A DNA stretch of 63,154 bases, counting the filler, from Octopus bimaculoides (lineage: Eukaryota), in NCBI RefSeq assembly GCF_001194135.2. It is 6 parts of 5 records of this genome, joined end to end, with 100 filler letters (N's around TTAATTAATTAA, not from the genome) between each part and the next. Parts side by side here need not be neighbours in the genome. Positions count along the whole stretch, not along the records: positions 1 to 24,004 come from NC_068983.1; positions 24,105 to 35,201 come from NC_068985.1; 4 more parts are not named here. One strand, written 5' to 3'. Positions 13,214 through 25,747 of this stretch are shown here, one piece after another. The notes under the pieces were generated by a model, which made no database searches, had not been told where the DNA came from, and was given only the letters and a program-made list of their open reading frames with translations. How positions within the stretch are numbered: the first letter of the stretch is position 1; each line of letters starts with the position of its first letter. The position numbers were made by a program, and so were the translations under genes.

Positions 13214-13500
13214 TGAAGATATTGCAGGGGTTGGCACCAAACTTTGCATCTAGAGCTATACCAGCCCCGAACTGGACTTCGCTAAACTGTCCCAAAGGCC
13301 CCAACTATCCTGTCTAGAGCGAGAATCATGTACTGCAATAGCTTAGAGTTCAAGGCCCACCTTTATTTAACACTTTGACAAAGCATCTGATTTACATGGA
13401 TTAAGGGTGAAACAACTTGACCTCCTACCGTTCAAGTTATCTAATAAAGCAACATCACGGCAAGAAACTCAAAAGCTGGCAGCAATATTGAATTCCTTTT
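13214..13500 (+). pseudogene. CR1-like LINE 3' terminal fragment
   Basis: KILQGLAPNF...MYCNSLEFKAHL...LDLL...ATSRQETQKLAA, the extreme C-terminus of the same LINE family as 12500-12966. Confidence 0.65.
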
Positions 13501-14132
13501 TTCACCAAAAGGCAATCACAGAAGAATGGCCATTGAAAAGGTGATAGAACTGAGAGTGACATGGCATAGCGACATCCTTTGGGTTGAAGCGCATAAAAGA
13601 ATAAAAGAATAAGTCTGTATCTCCAAGAGTTAGCTGAAGCTAAGCAACAGCAACAACAACAGCAACAGCACCCATTCCAAGAAATTTTAGAACCCGGAAT
13701 TATTCATCTGCGGCAAGGTAGGCAGCTATGTAACAGAAAAAATATATTTATTCTAAACATCAATGTAACTAATAGAATTTCAAAAAAGCATATGTATTAT
13801 TGTGCCGGAAGCTTTGTTTATTAAATTTTGAATTTGAATAAATTTAAATTCTATCTTTTTTTTAAAACCGGAATTGAATATATTGTTTTATTTCTTCAAC
13901 GCAAATGGAAAACTTTTCATAAACAAAAATTATTAATAGTGTTTTCATTTTCTCTTGGTTTATCAAATTTTCACACGCACACACATACCTACACATATAT
14001 GCACACATACGTACATATAAAAATGTATGTGTACTTATATATACCGCTGTATATGTACATGTGCGTATTTATATACTTACATATGTATTATGTGTATGCG
14101 AGAGTGTGTATGTGCACATACATACATGTATA

Positions 14133-14320
14133 GGCGCAGGAGTGGCTGTGTGATAAGTAGCTTGCTTACCAACCACATGGTTACGTGTTCAGTCCCGCTG
14201 CGTGGCACCTTGGACAAGTGTCTTCTACTATAGCCTCGGGCCGACCAAAGCCTTGTAAGTGGATTGGGTAGACGGAAACTGAAAGAAGCCCGTCGTATAT
14301 ATGTATATATATATATATAT
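14133..14320 (+). mobile_element. SINE family A head (rest lost in gap)
   Basis: aggcgcaggagtggctgtgtg...gaaactgaaagaagcccgtcg then (TA)n running into an N gap. Confidence 0.88.
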
Positions 14321-14876
14321 NNNNNNNNNNNNNNNNNNNNNNNNNNNNNNNNNNNNNNNNNNNNNNNNNNNNNNNNNNNNNNNNNNNNNNNNNNNNNNNN
14401 NNNNNNNNNNNNNNNNNNNNNNNNNNNNNNNNNNNNNNNNNNNNNNNNNNNNNNNNNNNNNNNNNNNNNNNNNNNNNNNNNNNNNNNNNNNNNNNNNNNN
14501 NNNNNNNNNNNNNNNNNNNNNNNNNNNNNNNNNNNNNNNNNNNNNNNNNNNNNNNNNNNNNNNNNNNNNNNNNNNNNNNNNNNNNNNNNNNNNNNNNNNN
14601 NNNNNNNNNNNNNNNNNNNNNNNNNNNNNNNNNNNNNNNNNNNNNNNNNNNNNNNNNNNNNNNNNNNNNNNNNNNNNNNNNNNNNNNNNNNNNNNNNNNN
14701 NNNNNNNNNNNNNNNNNNNNNNNNNNNNNNNNNNNNNNNNNNNNNNNNNNNNNNNNNNNNNNNNNNNNNNNNNNNNNNNNNNNNNNNNNNNNNNNNNNNN
14801 NNNNNNNNNNNNNNNNNNNNNNNNNNNNNNNNNNNNNNNNNNNNNNNNNNNNNNNNNNNNNNNNNNNNNNNNNNNN

Positions 14877-15116
14877 TCAATAATAGGACGAATTCTTTTA
14901 CAAGAATTTATCAAGTAGCTAGCGTGAAAAAAATGTGCTTTTTATAGTAGTCTGACCTTAGAGTCCCTCATGGCGTGAGGCGTTATTATATAGTAATGCC
15001 CTTATATAAATATAAATATATATTTCGGGAATAAATGATGGATTTTTTCCCTTATGAGGTTTTTTTCACGCTAGCTACTTGATAAATTCTTGTAAAAGAA
15101 TTCGTCCTATTATTGA
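14877..15116. repeat. Foldback: 57-bp perfect inverted repeat around a 126-bp spacer
   Basis: 14877-14933 is the exact reverse complement of 15060-15116. Confidence 0.9.
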
Positions 15117-15344
15117 ATTTATATATATATATACATGTAAAAGGAGAGGACACATCTTTCTCTATATATGCTTGTATCTATATGCAAACACCTACATTTT
15201 AAGTATGAAACAAGTTATCCCTACCATGCTCATCATCGTCATCGTTGCCGTCGTCGTTATCCTCCTCCATCTCCTCCTCCTTACCATCATCATCATCATT
15301 ATCATCATCGTCGTCGTCGTCGTCGTCGTCATCATCTTTATTAA

Positions 15345-15555
15345 GGCAGCGAGCAAGCAGGTTCGTTAGCAGACCGGGAAAAATGCTTGGCGGCATTTCG
15401 TCTGTCTTTACCTTATGAGTTCAAATTACGCCGAGGTTAACTTTGTCTTTCATCCCCTTGAGGTTGATAAAAAAGTACGAGTTGAGTACTGAGGTCGATG
15501 TAATCGTCTTTTCCTCTCCCCCCGAAATTGGTGACCTTCTGCCAAAATTTGAAAC
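15345..15555 (+). mobile_element. Octopus-type tRNA-derived SINE family B
   Basis: ggcagcgagc...gttagc...gaaaaatgcttggcggcatttcg...gagttcaaattacgccgaggt..ctttgtctttcatcc...gataaa-aagtac; (ATT)n tail. Confidence 0.85.
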
Positions 15556-15679
<124 letters not shown>

Positions 15680-15748
15680 ATTATTATTATTATTATCATT
15701 ATTTATTGTCTTTGCAAATCTTTGCAAATCTTTGCAAATCTTTTAACG

Positions 15749-16038
15749 CTGGAGATGTACTACGGTACTAGCTGTTCACTACCAGTGAATTAAGGTAACA
15801 CCCCTTATTGGTCGATGAAAAAGGTGGTAGTAGTACCAATAATTGCCGGAGCCCTGGAAACAGTGAGTAAAAATCTTGAGAAGTACATGGAACAAATAGG
15901 GGTTGCAATAAGGGTGGAGCACTTGCAGAAAACAGCACTGATTGGGACTGCTTGAATACTTTGGATGGTGATCGAAAAATAAGGGGTGTTACCTTAGTTC
16001 ACTGGTAGTGAACAGCTAGTACCGTAGTACATCTCCAG
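15749..16038 (+). pseudogene. Dong/R4-like 3' fragment bracketed by a 61-bp inverted repeat of its own 3' end
   Basis: WSMKKVVVVPIIAGALETVSKNLEKYMEQIGVAIRVEHLQKTALIGTA*ILWMVIEK*; arms 15749-15809 and 15978-16038 differ at one base. Confidence 0.85.
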
Positions 16039-16062
16039 TAGTGTATATATGTATATATATAT

Positions 16063-16105
<43 letters not shown>

Positions 16106-16285
16106 AACTAAGTTTTTGTATAATTAGATATTGTTAATATTGTTTATTATTGTTAAAAACGGGCTAGAGTTGAAACGCTCAGCATGAACTAGAATTCAAA
16201 TTCTGGTAAGAATGGATATATAAGGGTGGAAGACCACAGGAACAATGCCGTATATATATATATATATATATATATNNNNNNNNNN

Positions 16286-16318
<33 letters not shown>

Positions 16319-16329
16319 AAATATTTTAT

Positions 16330-16725
16330 AATTACATACATAATTATAAGAAGAGATTGGCTCTATGCCTCACCACGCACTCTAAAAATAGACGCTAAAA
16401 AGACACTGTTACCATCTTAAAGTCTCCGAGAATAACACCACATTTTAGGCTAGCAAATAAAAGAAAATGAATCTAAAACTTTGGTTAACCGCGTACAAAG
16501 ATCCTGTTTCAAGCTTAAAGTAAATTTTTTTTTATTATTTTAAGCTTGAAACAGGATCTTGTACGCGGTTGACCAAAGTTTTTGATTCATTTTCTTTCTT
16601 TTACTAGCCTAAAATGTGGTGTGTTATTGTCAGAGATTTGAAGGTTGTAATAGTGTATTTTGGCGTCTATTTTTACAGTGCGTGGTGAGGCATAGCGCCA
16701 ATCTGTTGTAATAATTATGTATATA
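16330..16725. repeat. Large imperfect palindrome (foldback/MITE-like), arms about 185 bp, spacer about 19 bp
   Basis: e.g. atcctgtttcaagcttaaa / tttaagcttgaaacaggat and gcctcaccacgcact / agtgcgtggtgaggc. Confidence 0.9.
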
Positions 16726-16839
16726 TAATTATGTATATATTTTGTAAAATTTACCTATGAGGTTTTTATTTCACCGCTGATCACCTGGTAACATCATTAA
16801 CGATTTTTACCGTCTGTTCATGCATCGAGAATACCCCTC

Positions 16840-17520
16840 CCACCTTGTCCAATCCGCCCTCGCCCGCGCTCGTCGAATCGACCGCACCACACTCTCCTCC
16901 CCCACACTAATCCCCTAACCATACCCCCTTCCCACTCCGTTTCCACCCTGCCACCCTACCCCTTCGTCGGAGGATCCTACGGGCCTTCCGTCGCCTCCAG
17001 CTCGATCCCACCACCCACCCCTATCCTCTTTCAAACGCGCCCGCAACCAACGCGATCTACTGGCCCGTAGTACCTTCTCCTCTTCCTCCCCACCCCCACC
17101 CGGCTCCTTCCCGTNNNNNNNNNNNNNNNNNNNNNNNNNNNNNNNNNNNNNNNNNNNNNNNNNNNNNNNNNNNNNNNNNNNNNNNNNNNNNNNNNNNNNN
17201 NNNNNNNNNNNNNNNNNNNNNNNNNNNNNNNNNNNNNNNNNNNNNNNNNNNNNNNNNNNNNNNNNNNNNNNNNNNNNNNNNNNNNNNNNNNNNNNNNNNN
17301 NNNNNNNNNNNNNNNNNNTTCACCGAACACCTAAGGGACGTTCGGCTAGGTTCGGACTCCCCCGTCGCCCGTCACTTCCACTTGGCCAACCACTTCCCCT
17401 CTAACATCTCCGTTTTTGGCCTCGCCCTGCACCATGGGTTCACTCCCTTGCGACTCCACTTGGAACAGCACTATATTTTTAACCTTAGATCATCTTTCCC
17501 CTTCGGACTCAACACAGCTC
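16840..17520 (+). pseudogene. Penelope-like element fragments (RT thumb/linker and GIY-YIG C-terminus) split by a gap
   Basis: PLRFHPATLPLRRRILRAFRRLQLDP...KRARNQRDLL and FTEHLRDVRLGSDSPVARHFHLANH...HLEQHYIFNLRSSFPFGLN. Confidence 0.78.
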
Positions 17521-18989
17521 TTTCCTCCTTATGACTCTCCCCTTTACGAAAATGCAACACTTTTCTTTATTTATTATTATTATTATTTTTTTTTTTACTC
17601 CACCCCCCTCATCCACTTTACATTATATCCATTATTCACTTTTTTATTACAATCACTACAATTTTCCACAATTTATTTCATCTCTTCCTACACATACCCA
17701 CACACAAAAAATACACGCACCCGTACACACACATGTATGCACACCCACCCCAACACACCCCACACACACAACACACATGCATGCACTTACACGCTCAGAT
17801 TCGCCCACACACTTATACAAACGCACATACACACGCACACTTGCGCATACGCACACACGCTGACAAACACGCAAAAATACACACATACACACCCAAGCAT
17901 ACACACCCTTGCACACATAACCCACATATACCCCCATTCACACATACCTCCCACACACCTGACAACCCATACATACCCCCATTCACACATACCTCACATA
18001 CCTCCCATACACCTAACACATACACTTCCCACACACCTTACATATATACCGCCCNNNNNNNNNNNNNNNNNNNNNNNNNNNNNNNNNNNNNNNNNNNNNN
18101 NNNNNNNNNNNNNNNNNNNNNNNNNNNNNNNNNNNNNNNNNNNNNNNNNNNNNNNNNNNNNNNNNNNNNNNNNNNNNNNNNNNNNNNNNNNNNNNNNNNN
18201 NNNNNNNNNNNNNNNNNNNNNNNNNNNNNNNNNNNNNNNNNNNNNNNNNNNNNNNNNNNNNNNNNNNNNNNNNNNNNNNNNNNNNNNNNNNNNNNNNNNN
18301 NNNNNNNNNNNNNNNNNNNNNNNNNNNNNNNNNNNNNNNNNNNNNNNNNNNNNNNNNNNNNNNNNNNNNNNNNNNNNNNNNNNNNNNNNNNNNNNNNNNN
18401 NNNNNNNNNNNNNNNNNNNNNNNNNNNNNNNNNNNNNNNNNNNNNNNNNNNNNNNNNNNNNNNNNNNNGCACACACAAAATAACACACATACCTGGCACA
18501 CATCCTTACGCTCTCCCACACATACGCACGCACACACACATAAACACACACACATACACATACACACACGCACACACACCTCTCACATACACAAACACAC
18601 ACATACACACACATACACGTACACACATACACATATACACACATGCACACACGCACACACACCTCTCACATACACAATACCCACTCACATACACAACACA
18701 CGCTCACATAAACACGCATACAACTACATACAAGCGGCATAAATGACCCACGCACATGCACGCACGTAGGTAAGCAAACACATGCACACACACACACACA
18801 CACAGGAACGCATATATACACAACATACACATACACACACGAACGCACGAAAACATACACAATATACACATACACGCACGCCCAAAAACTATTCACGCAC
18901 GCGCACACACACGCACACGGACACACACATACAGACACACTTAAACACACACTTTTCCTCCACCACCTCCTCTTCCGGTCCTTCCACAA

Positions 18990-19190
18990 TGTAACCTCGT
19001 GGGAATCGGTGCCGATTTTCTCTTCCTCCGTTTTTCCATTCTTTGAACTTTCCGTCTTTCCGACGAAGGGCTGCGCCCGAAACGTCGTACTCTCTCTCTT
19101 TCCTTTCCCGAGCGTCCAATAACACTATCCGTATCACGTCCTCACTTTGTTGTTTATTGTTATTGTTTTTTTGTGTTTTTTTGAATTTAT
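18990..19190 (+). mobile_element. Penelope-like terminal (pLTR-type) sequence with hammerhead-ribozyme-like motif at 19060-19086
   Basis: CCGACGA-A-GGGC-tgc-GCCC-GAAAC-GTC; downstream ttcccgagcgt...aa shared with 51290-51320. Confidence 0.6.
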
Positions 19191-20605
19191 ATNNNNNNNN
19201 NNNNNNNNNNNNNNNNNNNNNNNNNNNNNNNNNNNNNNNNNNNNNNNNNNNNNNNNNNNNNNNNNNNNNNNNNNNNNNNNNNNNNNNNNNNNNNNNNNNN
19301 NNNNNNNNNNNNNNNNNNNNNNNNNNNNNNNNNNNNNNNNNNNNNNNNNNNNNNNNNNNNNNNNNNNNNNNNNNNNNNNNNNNNNNNNNNNNNNNNNNNN
19401 NNNNNNNNNNNNNNNNNNNNNNNNNNNNNNNNNNNNNNNNNNNNNNNNNNNNNNNNNNNNNNNNNNNNNNNNNNNNNNNNNNNNNNNNNNNNNNNNNNNN
19501 NNNNNNNNNNNNNNNNNNNNNNNNNNNNNNNNNNNNNNNNNNNNNNNNNNNNNNNNNNNNNNNNNNNNNNNNNNNNNNNNNNNNNNNNNNNNNNNNNNNN
19601 NNNNNNNNNNNNNNNNNNNNNNNNNNNNNNNNNNNNNNNNNNNNNNNNNNNNNNNNNNNNNNNNNNNNNNNNNNNNNNNNNNNNNNNNNNNNNNNNNNNN
19701 NNNNNNNNNNNNNNNNNNNNNNNNNNNNNNNNNNNNNNNNNNNNNNNNNNNNNNNNNNNNNNNNNNNNNNNNNNNNNNNNNNNNNNNNNNNNNNNNNNNN
19801 NNNNNNNNNNNNNNNNNNNNNNNNNNNNNNNNNNNNNNNNNNNNNNNNNNNNNNNNNNNNNNNNNNNNNNNNNNNNNNNNNNNNNNNNNNNNNNNNNNNN
19901 NNNNNNNNNNNNNNNNNNNNNNNNNNNNNNNNNNNNNNNNNNNNNNNNNNNNNNNNNNNNNNNNNNNNNNNNNNNNNNNNNNNNNNNNNNNNNNNNNNNN
20001 NNNNNNNNNNNNNNNNNNNNNNNNNNNNNNNNNNNNNNNNNNNNNNNNNNNNNNNNNNNNNNNNNNNNNNNNNNNNNNNNNNNNNNNNNNNNNNNNNNNN
20101 NNNNNNNNNNNNNNNNNNNNNNNNATATATATTTATGTGTGTGTGTGCATGTATTTATATATATCTATATATATACATATAGATAGATATGCACGTGTGT
20201 GAGCGTGTATGAATCTGTCTGTATGTATATATGATGTATACACGAATATATCTATGTATATGAATATATATTTATGTGTGTGTGTGCATGTATTTATATA
20301 TATCTATATATCTATATATATACATATATGCGTGCGTGCGTGCGTATGTGTGTGTTATTTGATTTATCTTGTACACTAATTGCCAATTGTACAGAGTCTG
20401 GTGATTTATTCCTGTTTCATATCTAACAGTTGTATACTTGCAATAGACTGACTGGTCGAAGTTGTGTGGTTCTGACTGCACATCCAAGTTGAATTAGACC
20501 AGACTACATAGAAATTTCAATTACTCGCTTGTCATACTCATATGTTCTCTGTAGGACTTATAACTTCAAAATTACTTTAAAGCAATGCTAAACCTCTACG
20601 TTATG

Positions 20606-20637
<32 letters not shown>

Positions 20638-21015
20638 GGCATGTATATGTATATNNNNNNNNNNNNNNNNNNNNNNNNNNNNNNNNNNNNNNNNNNNNNN
20701 NNNNNNNNNNNNNNNNNNNNNNNNNNNNNNNNNNNNNNNNNNNNNNNNNNNNNNNNNNNNNNNNNNNNNNNNNNNNNNNNNNNNNNNNNNNNNNNNNNNN
20801 NNNNNNNNNNNNNNNNNNNNNNNNNNNNNNNNNNNNNNNNNNNNNNNNNNNNNNNNNNNNNNNNNNNNNNNNNNNNNNNNNNNNNNNNNNNNNNNNNNNN
20901 NNNNNNNNNNNNNNNNNNNNNNNNNNNNNNNNNNNNNNNNNNNNNNNNNNNNNNNNNNNNNNNNNNNNNNNNNNNNNNNNNNNNNNNNNNNNNNNNNTAT
21001 ATATATATATATATA

Positions 21016-21065
<50 letters not shown>

Positions 21066-21812
21066 CGTACGTATGTATGCATACGTACACAGACATGCAC
21101 ATACACAATGTATACAATGTATGTAAATGGGTATGTACGCAGATGTGTAAGCATACATATGTATGTGTGTGTGTACACATGTATTTATGTCTATGCGCAT
21201 GTATGTGTATATACACGTATATGTGTGCATTTCTGTGTTCAGTTTTCGGAGGACAGCAGCCATGTTGGAACATCCCCTTTGAGCATGTTGAGTACGTTGA
21301 TTGATTTTATCGATCAATACTCTGTTTAGTATTCATTTTCCGATCTATATTTACTGAATAGATAACTGCAGCATGGCATAAAATGACGTAAACACATGTG
21401 GCACTTATGTGTAGACTTAGCTCAGTGGCTAAGGTGCTTCCTCTAGCTTTGGAGCTTCCCAGGTAATGGATCGATCCCTGGTTACGTTATCTTGGCTAAT
21501 TTTATTTTTTTCTACTATTAGTCGTAGTATAGTCATATATGCCAATGACAGTCACTTGGATGCTAACAAGGAAGGGATTTCTCTATATTTGCTCTTCTGT
21601 TTGGGTTGCTGTTCATACCAAGTAACAAATTTAATGGATGTGATGCCTATAAAGATACATAGACATCCAGACGCATACACAAACATACTCGCGCACGCAC
21701 AAACACACACACACACACACACACACAAATGCACACATTTTACCTATTCTGTCACATGACAGCGTCACTAGACTAACGTAATCTTATCTTTTGGCACAAC
21801 TAGCATTCTTAC

Positions 21813-21961
21813 AGTTACATGACCGTCTAACTTCGTGGCCTGCTTTAACCAACCAGCCTGTAACTTCACAAATGATAATTTGAACCGTAATCTTTCCGTA
21901 AAATGTATTTCAAACTCTACAAAGAATTCAGCCAGATACGGCATAGTTCCACGACCTTCCA
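21813..21961 (-). CDS. Candidate internal exon (xEGRGTMPYLAEFFVEFEIHFTERLRFKLSFVKLQAGWLKQATKLDGHVT)
   Basis: 49 open codons, donor ACT|gtaaga in phase 0 matching the phase-0 exon at 7254; acceptor uncertain (AAG at 21962, or ttctttgtag 44 nt downstream, both phase 1). Confidence 0.42.
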
Positions 21962-22123
21962 CTTTCGAAAATCAATAAACGGTGAAAGTAAATGTAGATA
22001 AATCTTTTTAAAGACTTCAAGTGCATTTTCAGCATCTTTTCTTCCTTTATACTCCTAGTTTTGTGAAGAGAAAATATTCTATTTCGGTGTATGTACGTGT
22101 GTACATATATATACACAGACGCA

Positions 22124-22181
<58 letters not shown>

Positions 22182-23108
22182 TAATTATTTAAACTTTGGG
22201 TATACACATAGTAGTATCCCGATTAAAGCACTTTCGCTGTCTGTGGCTACCTGATATCATCCACAGTTTTGATATGTCACTGGATCTACCTCAGGAATTC
22301 GAACCAAGCAGAGCCAAATGCCTTTCATAATTCCGGAGTATATTGAATTATTGTGTGCATGACTTTTGGCCCACCCTCTATATATATCATACTTGATAGT
22401 GTGTGGACTACTGAGATACCCGTTTGCAGGCCGTTGGTGTTTAATAATGAAATGTTCAACATTCATTGTATGCCTATCAGCAGCCCTTAGTTCTCCGAAC
22501 CTACATAATTTGATGCGTATATAAACACATTGGCTGATTGTTTCTCTGAGTTTTGGTCAAAATTGATGCGGCCACCTCTGAAGAAAAAGAACCCAGTAAG
22601 GTCCGAAAATCGATTAAGGTTAGTCATCAATGTTCCCAATCTACGGAGAAATAGTTAAACTTGCAAATTTGCCCTGTTTTTATCGCTACTACACAGATTT
22701 ACATACACGTGCGCGCGCACAGGTACGTACATACATATGTATACATGAATGCATGTATGTAGTTTCTGATACTCTTTCCTCATCTTTCCTCACAATTATC
22801 TCTTCAGCCTTAGTTTTGTATTGGCTTCCTTGAAGGTAAAAATTTGTTCTGATTTCCTTTATTTATATTTATGGAGCAATTATTACTGAGTTTGACGTCA
22901 TTCTTTGCGAGATATTGTTGCAGGCCTCTAAGAGATATTTTCTAATAGTATTCTTGTTACATAAGTGGTAAATATATTTTGAAGTATATATAATCTCCGT
23001 CTTTTATGGCTTTTTGGGTGGAGCACAATGACTGCTCCCAATCATTCACTCGTTATACTCTTTCTAATTCACTTAACAACCACTTGAGAATGTTATTATA
23101 ACATTAAC

Positions 23109-23155
<47 letters not shown>

Positions 23156-23169
23156 CATCATCATCATCA

Positions 23170-23252
<83 letters not shown>

Positions 23253-23257
23253 GAAGT

Positions 23258-23700
23258 CAACAAGCTGGCAGAATCGTTAGCACACCGGGCGAAATGCTTA
23301 GCGGTATTTCGATCCTGGTTACGTTCTGAGTTCAAATTCCGCTGAGGTCGACTTTGTCTTTCATCCTTTTGTGGTCGATAAAGGAAGTACCATTTGAACA
23401 CTGGTGGGATGGGAGTCGATGGAATCGACTTATCCCCTCCTCCAAAATGGCTTCCCTTGTGGCAAAATTTGAAACTATTATTATAATTATTAGGCAGAAT
23501 GGTTAGCACGCCGAGCGAAATGCTTAGCGGTATTTCGCCCGTCGCTACGTTCAGAATTCAAATTTCGCCGAGGTCCACTTTGCTTTTCATCCTTTTCTGG
23601 GTCAATAAACTAAGTACCAGTGAAACACTGGGGTCAACGTAATTGACTTGCCCCGCCCCCCAAATTTGAGGCCTTGTGCCTCCAGTAGAAAGGACTATGA
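23258..23700 (+). mobile_element. Two tandem SINE family B copies
   Basis: Heads at about 23262 and 23495, each with gagttcaaatt(c/t)cgccgaggtc and ctttcatcc core; (TTA)n linker. Confidence 0.85.
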
Positions 23701-23714
23701 TTATGATTATTATT

Positions 23715-24004
23715 ATTATTATTGTTCAGTAGTTTTATTTTTATAACGTGCTTTCACTTCACTACCGAGCGCAGCTCTGTACGCCTTGGGTATGTGCTGT
23801 GGATTGCTGTGGTGCTCTTATGTTTACTGTATTGAAAGTGTTTTGCGTAGAATGTGTGCAGTGCCCAGTAGTGCAATTTTCTGTATGTTATATATATTTG
23901 TAAGTCCTGGTGTTTTTGTTATGTATTTGTCTGAATATTTTGTTATTATACCTAAGACACCTACTATGATAGGAATTGTTTCTGTTTTTAGATTCCACAT
24001 TCGA
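23715..24004 (-). pseudogene. Dong/R4-like 3' end with (AAT)n tail
   Basis: RMWNLKTETIPIIVGVLGIITKYSDKYITKTPGLTNIYNIQKIALLGTAHILRKTLSIQ* then 3'UTR and AAT repeats. Confidence 0.85.
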
Positions 24005-24048
24005 NNNNNNNNNNNNNNNNNNNNNNNNNNNNNNNNNNNNNNNNNNNN

Positions 24049-24060
24049 TTAATTAATTAA
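24049..24060. other. Artificial scaffold spacer TTAATTAATTAA in a 100-bp gap (also 35246-35257, 43919-43930, 51377-51388, 55469-55480)
   Basis: Five identical 44N+12+44N blocks; the 12-mer places stops in all six frames. Confidence 0.95.
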
Positions 24061-24463
24061 NNNNNNNNNNNNNNNNNNNNNNNNNNNNNNNNNNNNNNNN
24101 NNNNAAGAGAGTGAGAGAGAAGAGAGTGAGAGAGAAGAGAGTGAGAGAGAAGAGAGTGAGAGAGAAGAGAGTGAGAGAGAAGAGAGTGAGAGAGAAGAGA
24201 GTGAGAGAGGGGGAAGAGGGGCATGGGGGAGAGAAAGAGAATTGTCTGTCTTCGTTCTCCCCCCTTTGCAATTACCATTATTTCAGTGTTCTGCTTGATT
24301 GTAAGCAGAAATGACTGACGAAGTAGCATTAATTGTCTATGTCATTCACTTTCTATTAATGGATCAATGGGCCGATTTAGAAAGCCTATCAATAACAAAC
24401 CTATCATGAATACTGGAAAGAGCTGTAAGTCAAATTTATTACTATAAAATAACATGTAATGAC

Positions 24464-24570
24464 CATTAGTTATGCATTGTCTTATATATTGTTCTGTGTA
24501 AACACCAATATGACTGGAACACAACCATGGATTTGCAATATAGAATTGTGAGGATCCATAATCTCGGACC
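24464..24570 (-). CDS. Candidate internal exon (xVRDYGSSQFYIANPWLCSSHIGVYTEQYIRQCITN)
   Basis: Strong acceptor tattcctattgcag; frame open for more than 55 codons; donor position ambiguous. Confidence 0.35.
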
Positions 24571-24643
24571 CTGCAATAGGAATACACGCTGTGTGTTACT
24601 AGTCTAAACAACATTGTTAACCTGATATACTATTTTGCGACGT

Positions 24644-24750
24644 TTAGTTCCACTGCGCGCACCTTGGGCAAGTGTCGTCTAATATGGCCTCGGGTCGGCC
24701 AAAGCCTTGTGAGTGGATTTGGTAGACGGAAACTGAAAGAAGCCCGTCAT
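24644..24750 (+). mobile_element. SINE family A head interrupted by a mariner
   Basis: ttagttccactgcgcgcaccttgggcaagtgtc...gaaagaagcccgtc then TA and a mariner TIR. Confidence 0.8.
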
Positions 24751-24753
24751 ATA

Positions 24754-25663
24754 TCGGGTCATACCATAAATAATGTAGGTTTTTCAATCGAATAAAAGTC
24801 GGAGGGGACAGGATAAACTACCTGCATCAACTTTCTATAAAAGCTGGTAGTAATTTTACCTTGTAATTATTTTTAGTACAAATTATTGAAGAGTGCAGTT
24901 CGATTTTAATAGTTATATTTCAATGTTATAATGGAAGTGACAAAGGAGCATATTCAGCATGCTTTGCTTTATAAATTCAATAAAGGCAACAACGCAACTG
25001 AAAGTGCGATGAATATTAATGCAGTATATGGGGATAGGATAGTAAGCGTAAACCTCTGTCGACTGTAGTTCCCAAAATTCCGAACCGGAAACTTCAGCCT
25101 AGAAGACGAGCCTCGTCCTGGAAGGTCTGTAGAGCTCGACGAGGGACGTCCTGCAAACACTGCAGGAACAAAATCCTAACCTAACTGTTGAGAAAACTAG
25201 CAGAGAAGCTTGGATTTGGTCATTCAACCATTCATCAACACCTACTGCCATCGGAAAACCACCATCTTTGGGTTCAAGACAAAAGTGTTCCTCCATCAGG
25301 GTAATTCTAGGCCACATACATCGTGGATGACATTCCAAAGACTGGAGTAGTTTGAATGGGAATCGATGCCCCACCCACCGTATTCACCGGTGGTTGCCCT
25401 ATCTGATTATCATTTATTCCGCAGTCTTCATAATCAGTTTGACGGGAAAATATGAATTCAGTAGACGCGGTCAGAACGGTACTGGAAGAGTATTTTTCGT
25501 CACGGTAAGCGAATTTAGGAAGAGGAGCCTTGCAAGTCTACCAGATAGATGGAAGAGCATTCTAGAAAATGAAGGAGAGTATGTTTTAGATTAAAGAACT
25601 TTGTTCCTCTTAATTTTGAAAAATAAAAGTATAAAAAACCGCATTATTTCTGGGATGATCCAA
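24754..25663 (+). mobile_element. Internally deleted mariner transposon with both TIRs
   Basis: TIRs tcgggtcataccataaataatgtagg / ccgcattatttctgggatgatccaa flanked by TA; fragments NINAVYGD..KFRTGNFSLEDEPRPGR, MPHPPYSP..SDYHLFRSL (HPPYSPDL motif), WKSILENEGEYVLD*. Confidence 0.88.
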
Positions 25664-25747
25664 TATATATGTATGTATGTGTTTGAGTCTATGTTTCATA
25701 AATATACATACATATGCACAGACACACACTTCCACACACACACACAT

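Noticed and set aside
21412-21482. tRNA-like sequence (ttagctcagtggctaagg...gatcgatccctgg)
   Set aside because: Cloverleaf not closable; degenerate SINE head, not a tRNA gene
22250-22600. Several open frames and strong splice signals on both strands
   Set aside because: Three mutually exclusive frames are equally plausible, and a Tc1/mariner-type TIR (gagggtgggccaaaagtca) lies at about 22360-22380, so it cannot be assigned
24105-24209. 15-bp minisatellite encoding (REKRV)n; similar 17-bp (50940-51035) and 21-bp (58725-58820) units
   Set aside because: GA-rich minisatellites derived from microsatellites; no coding support
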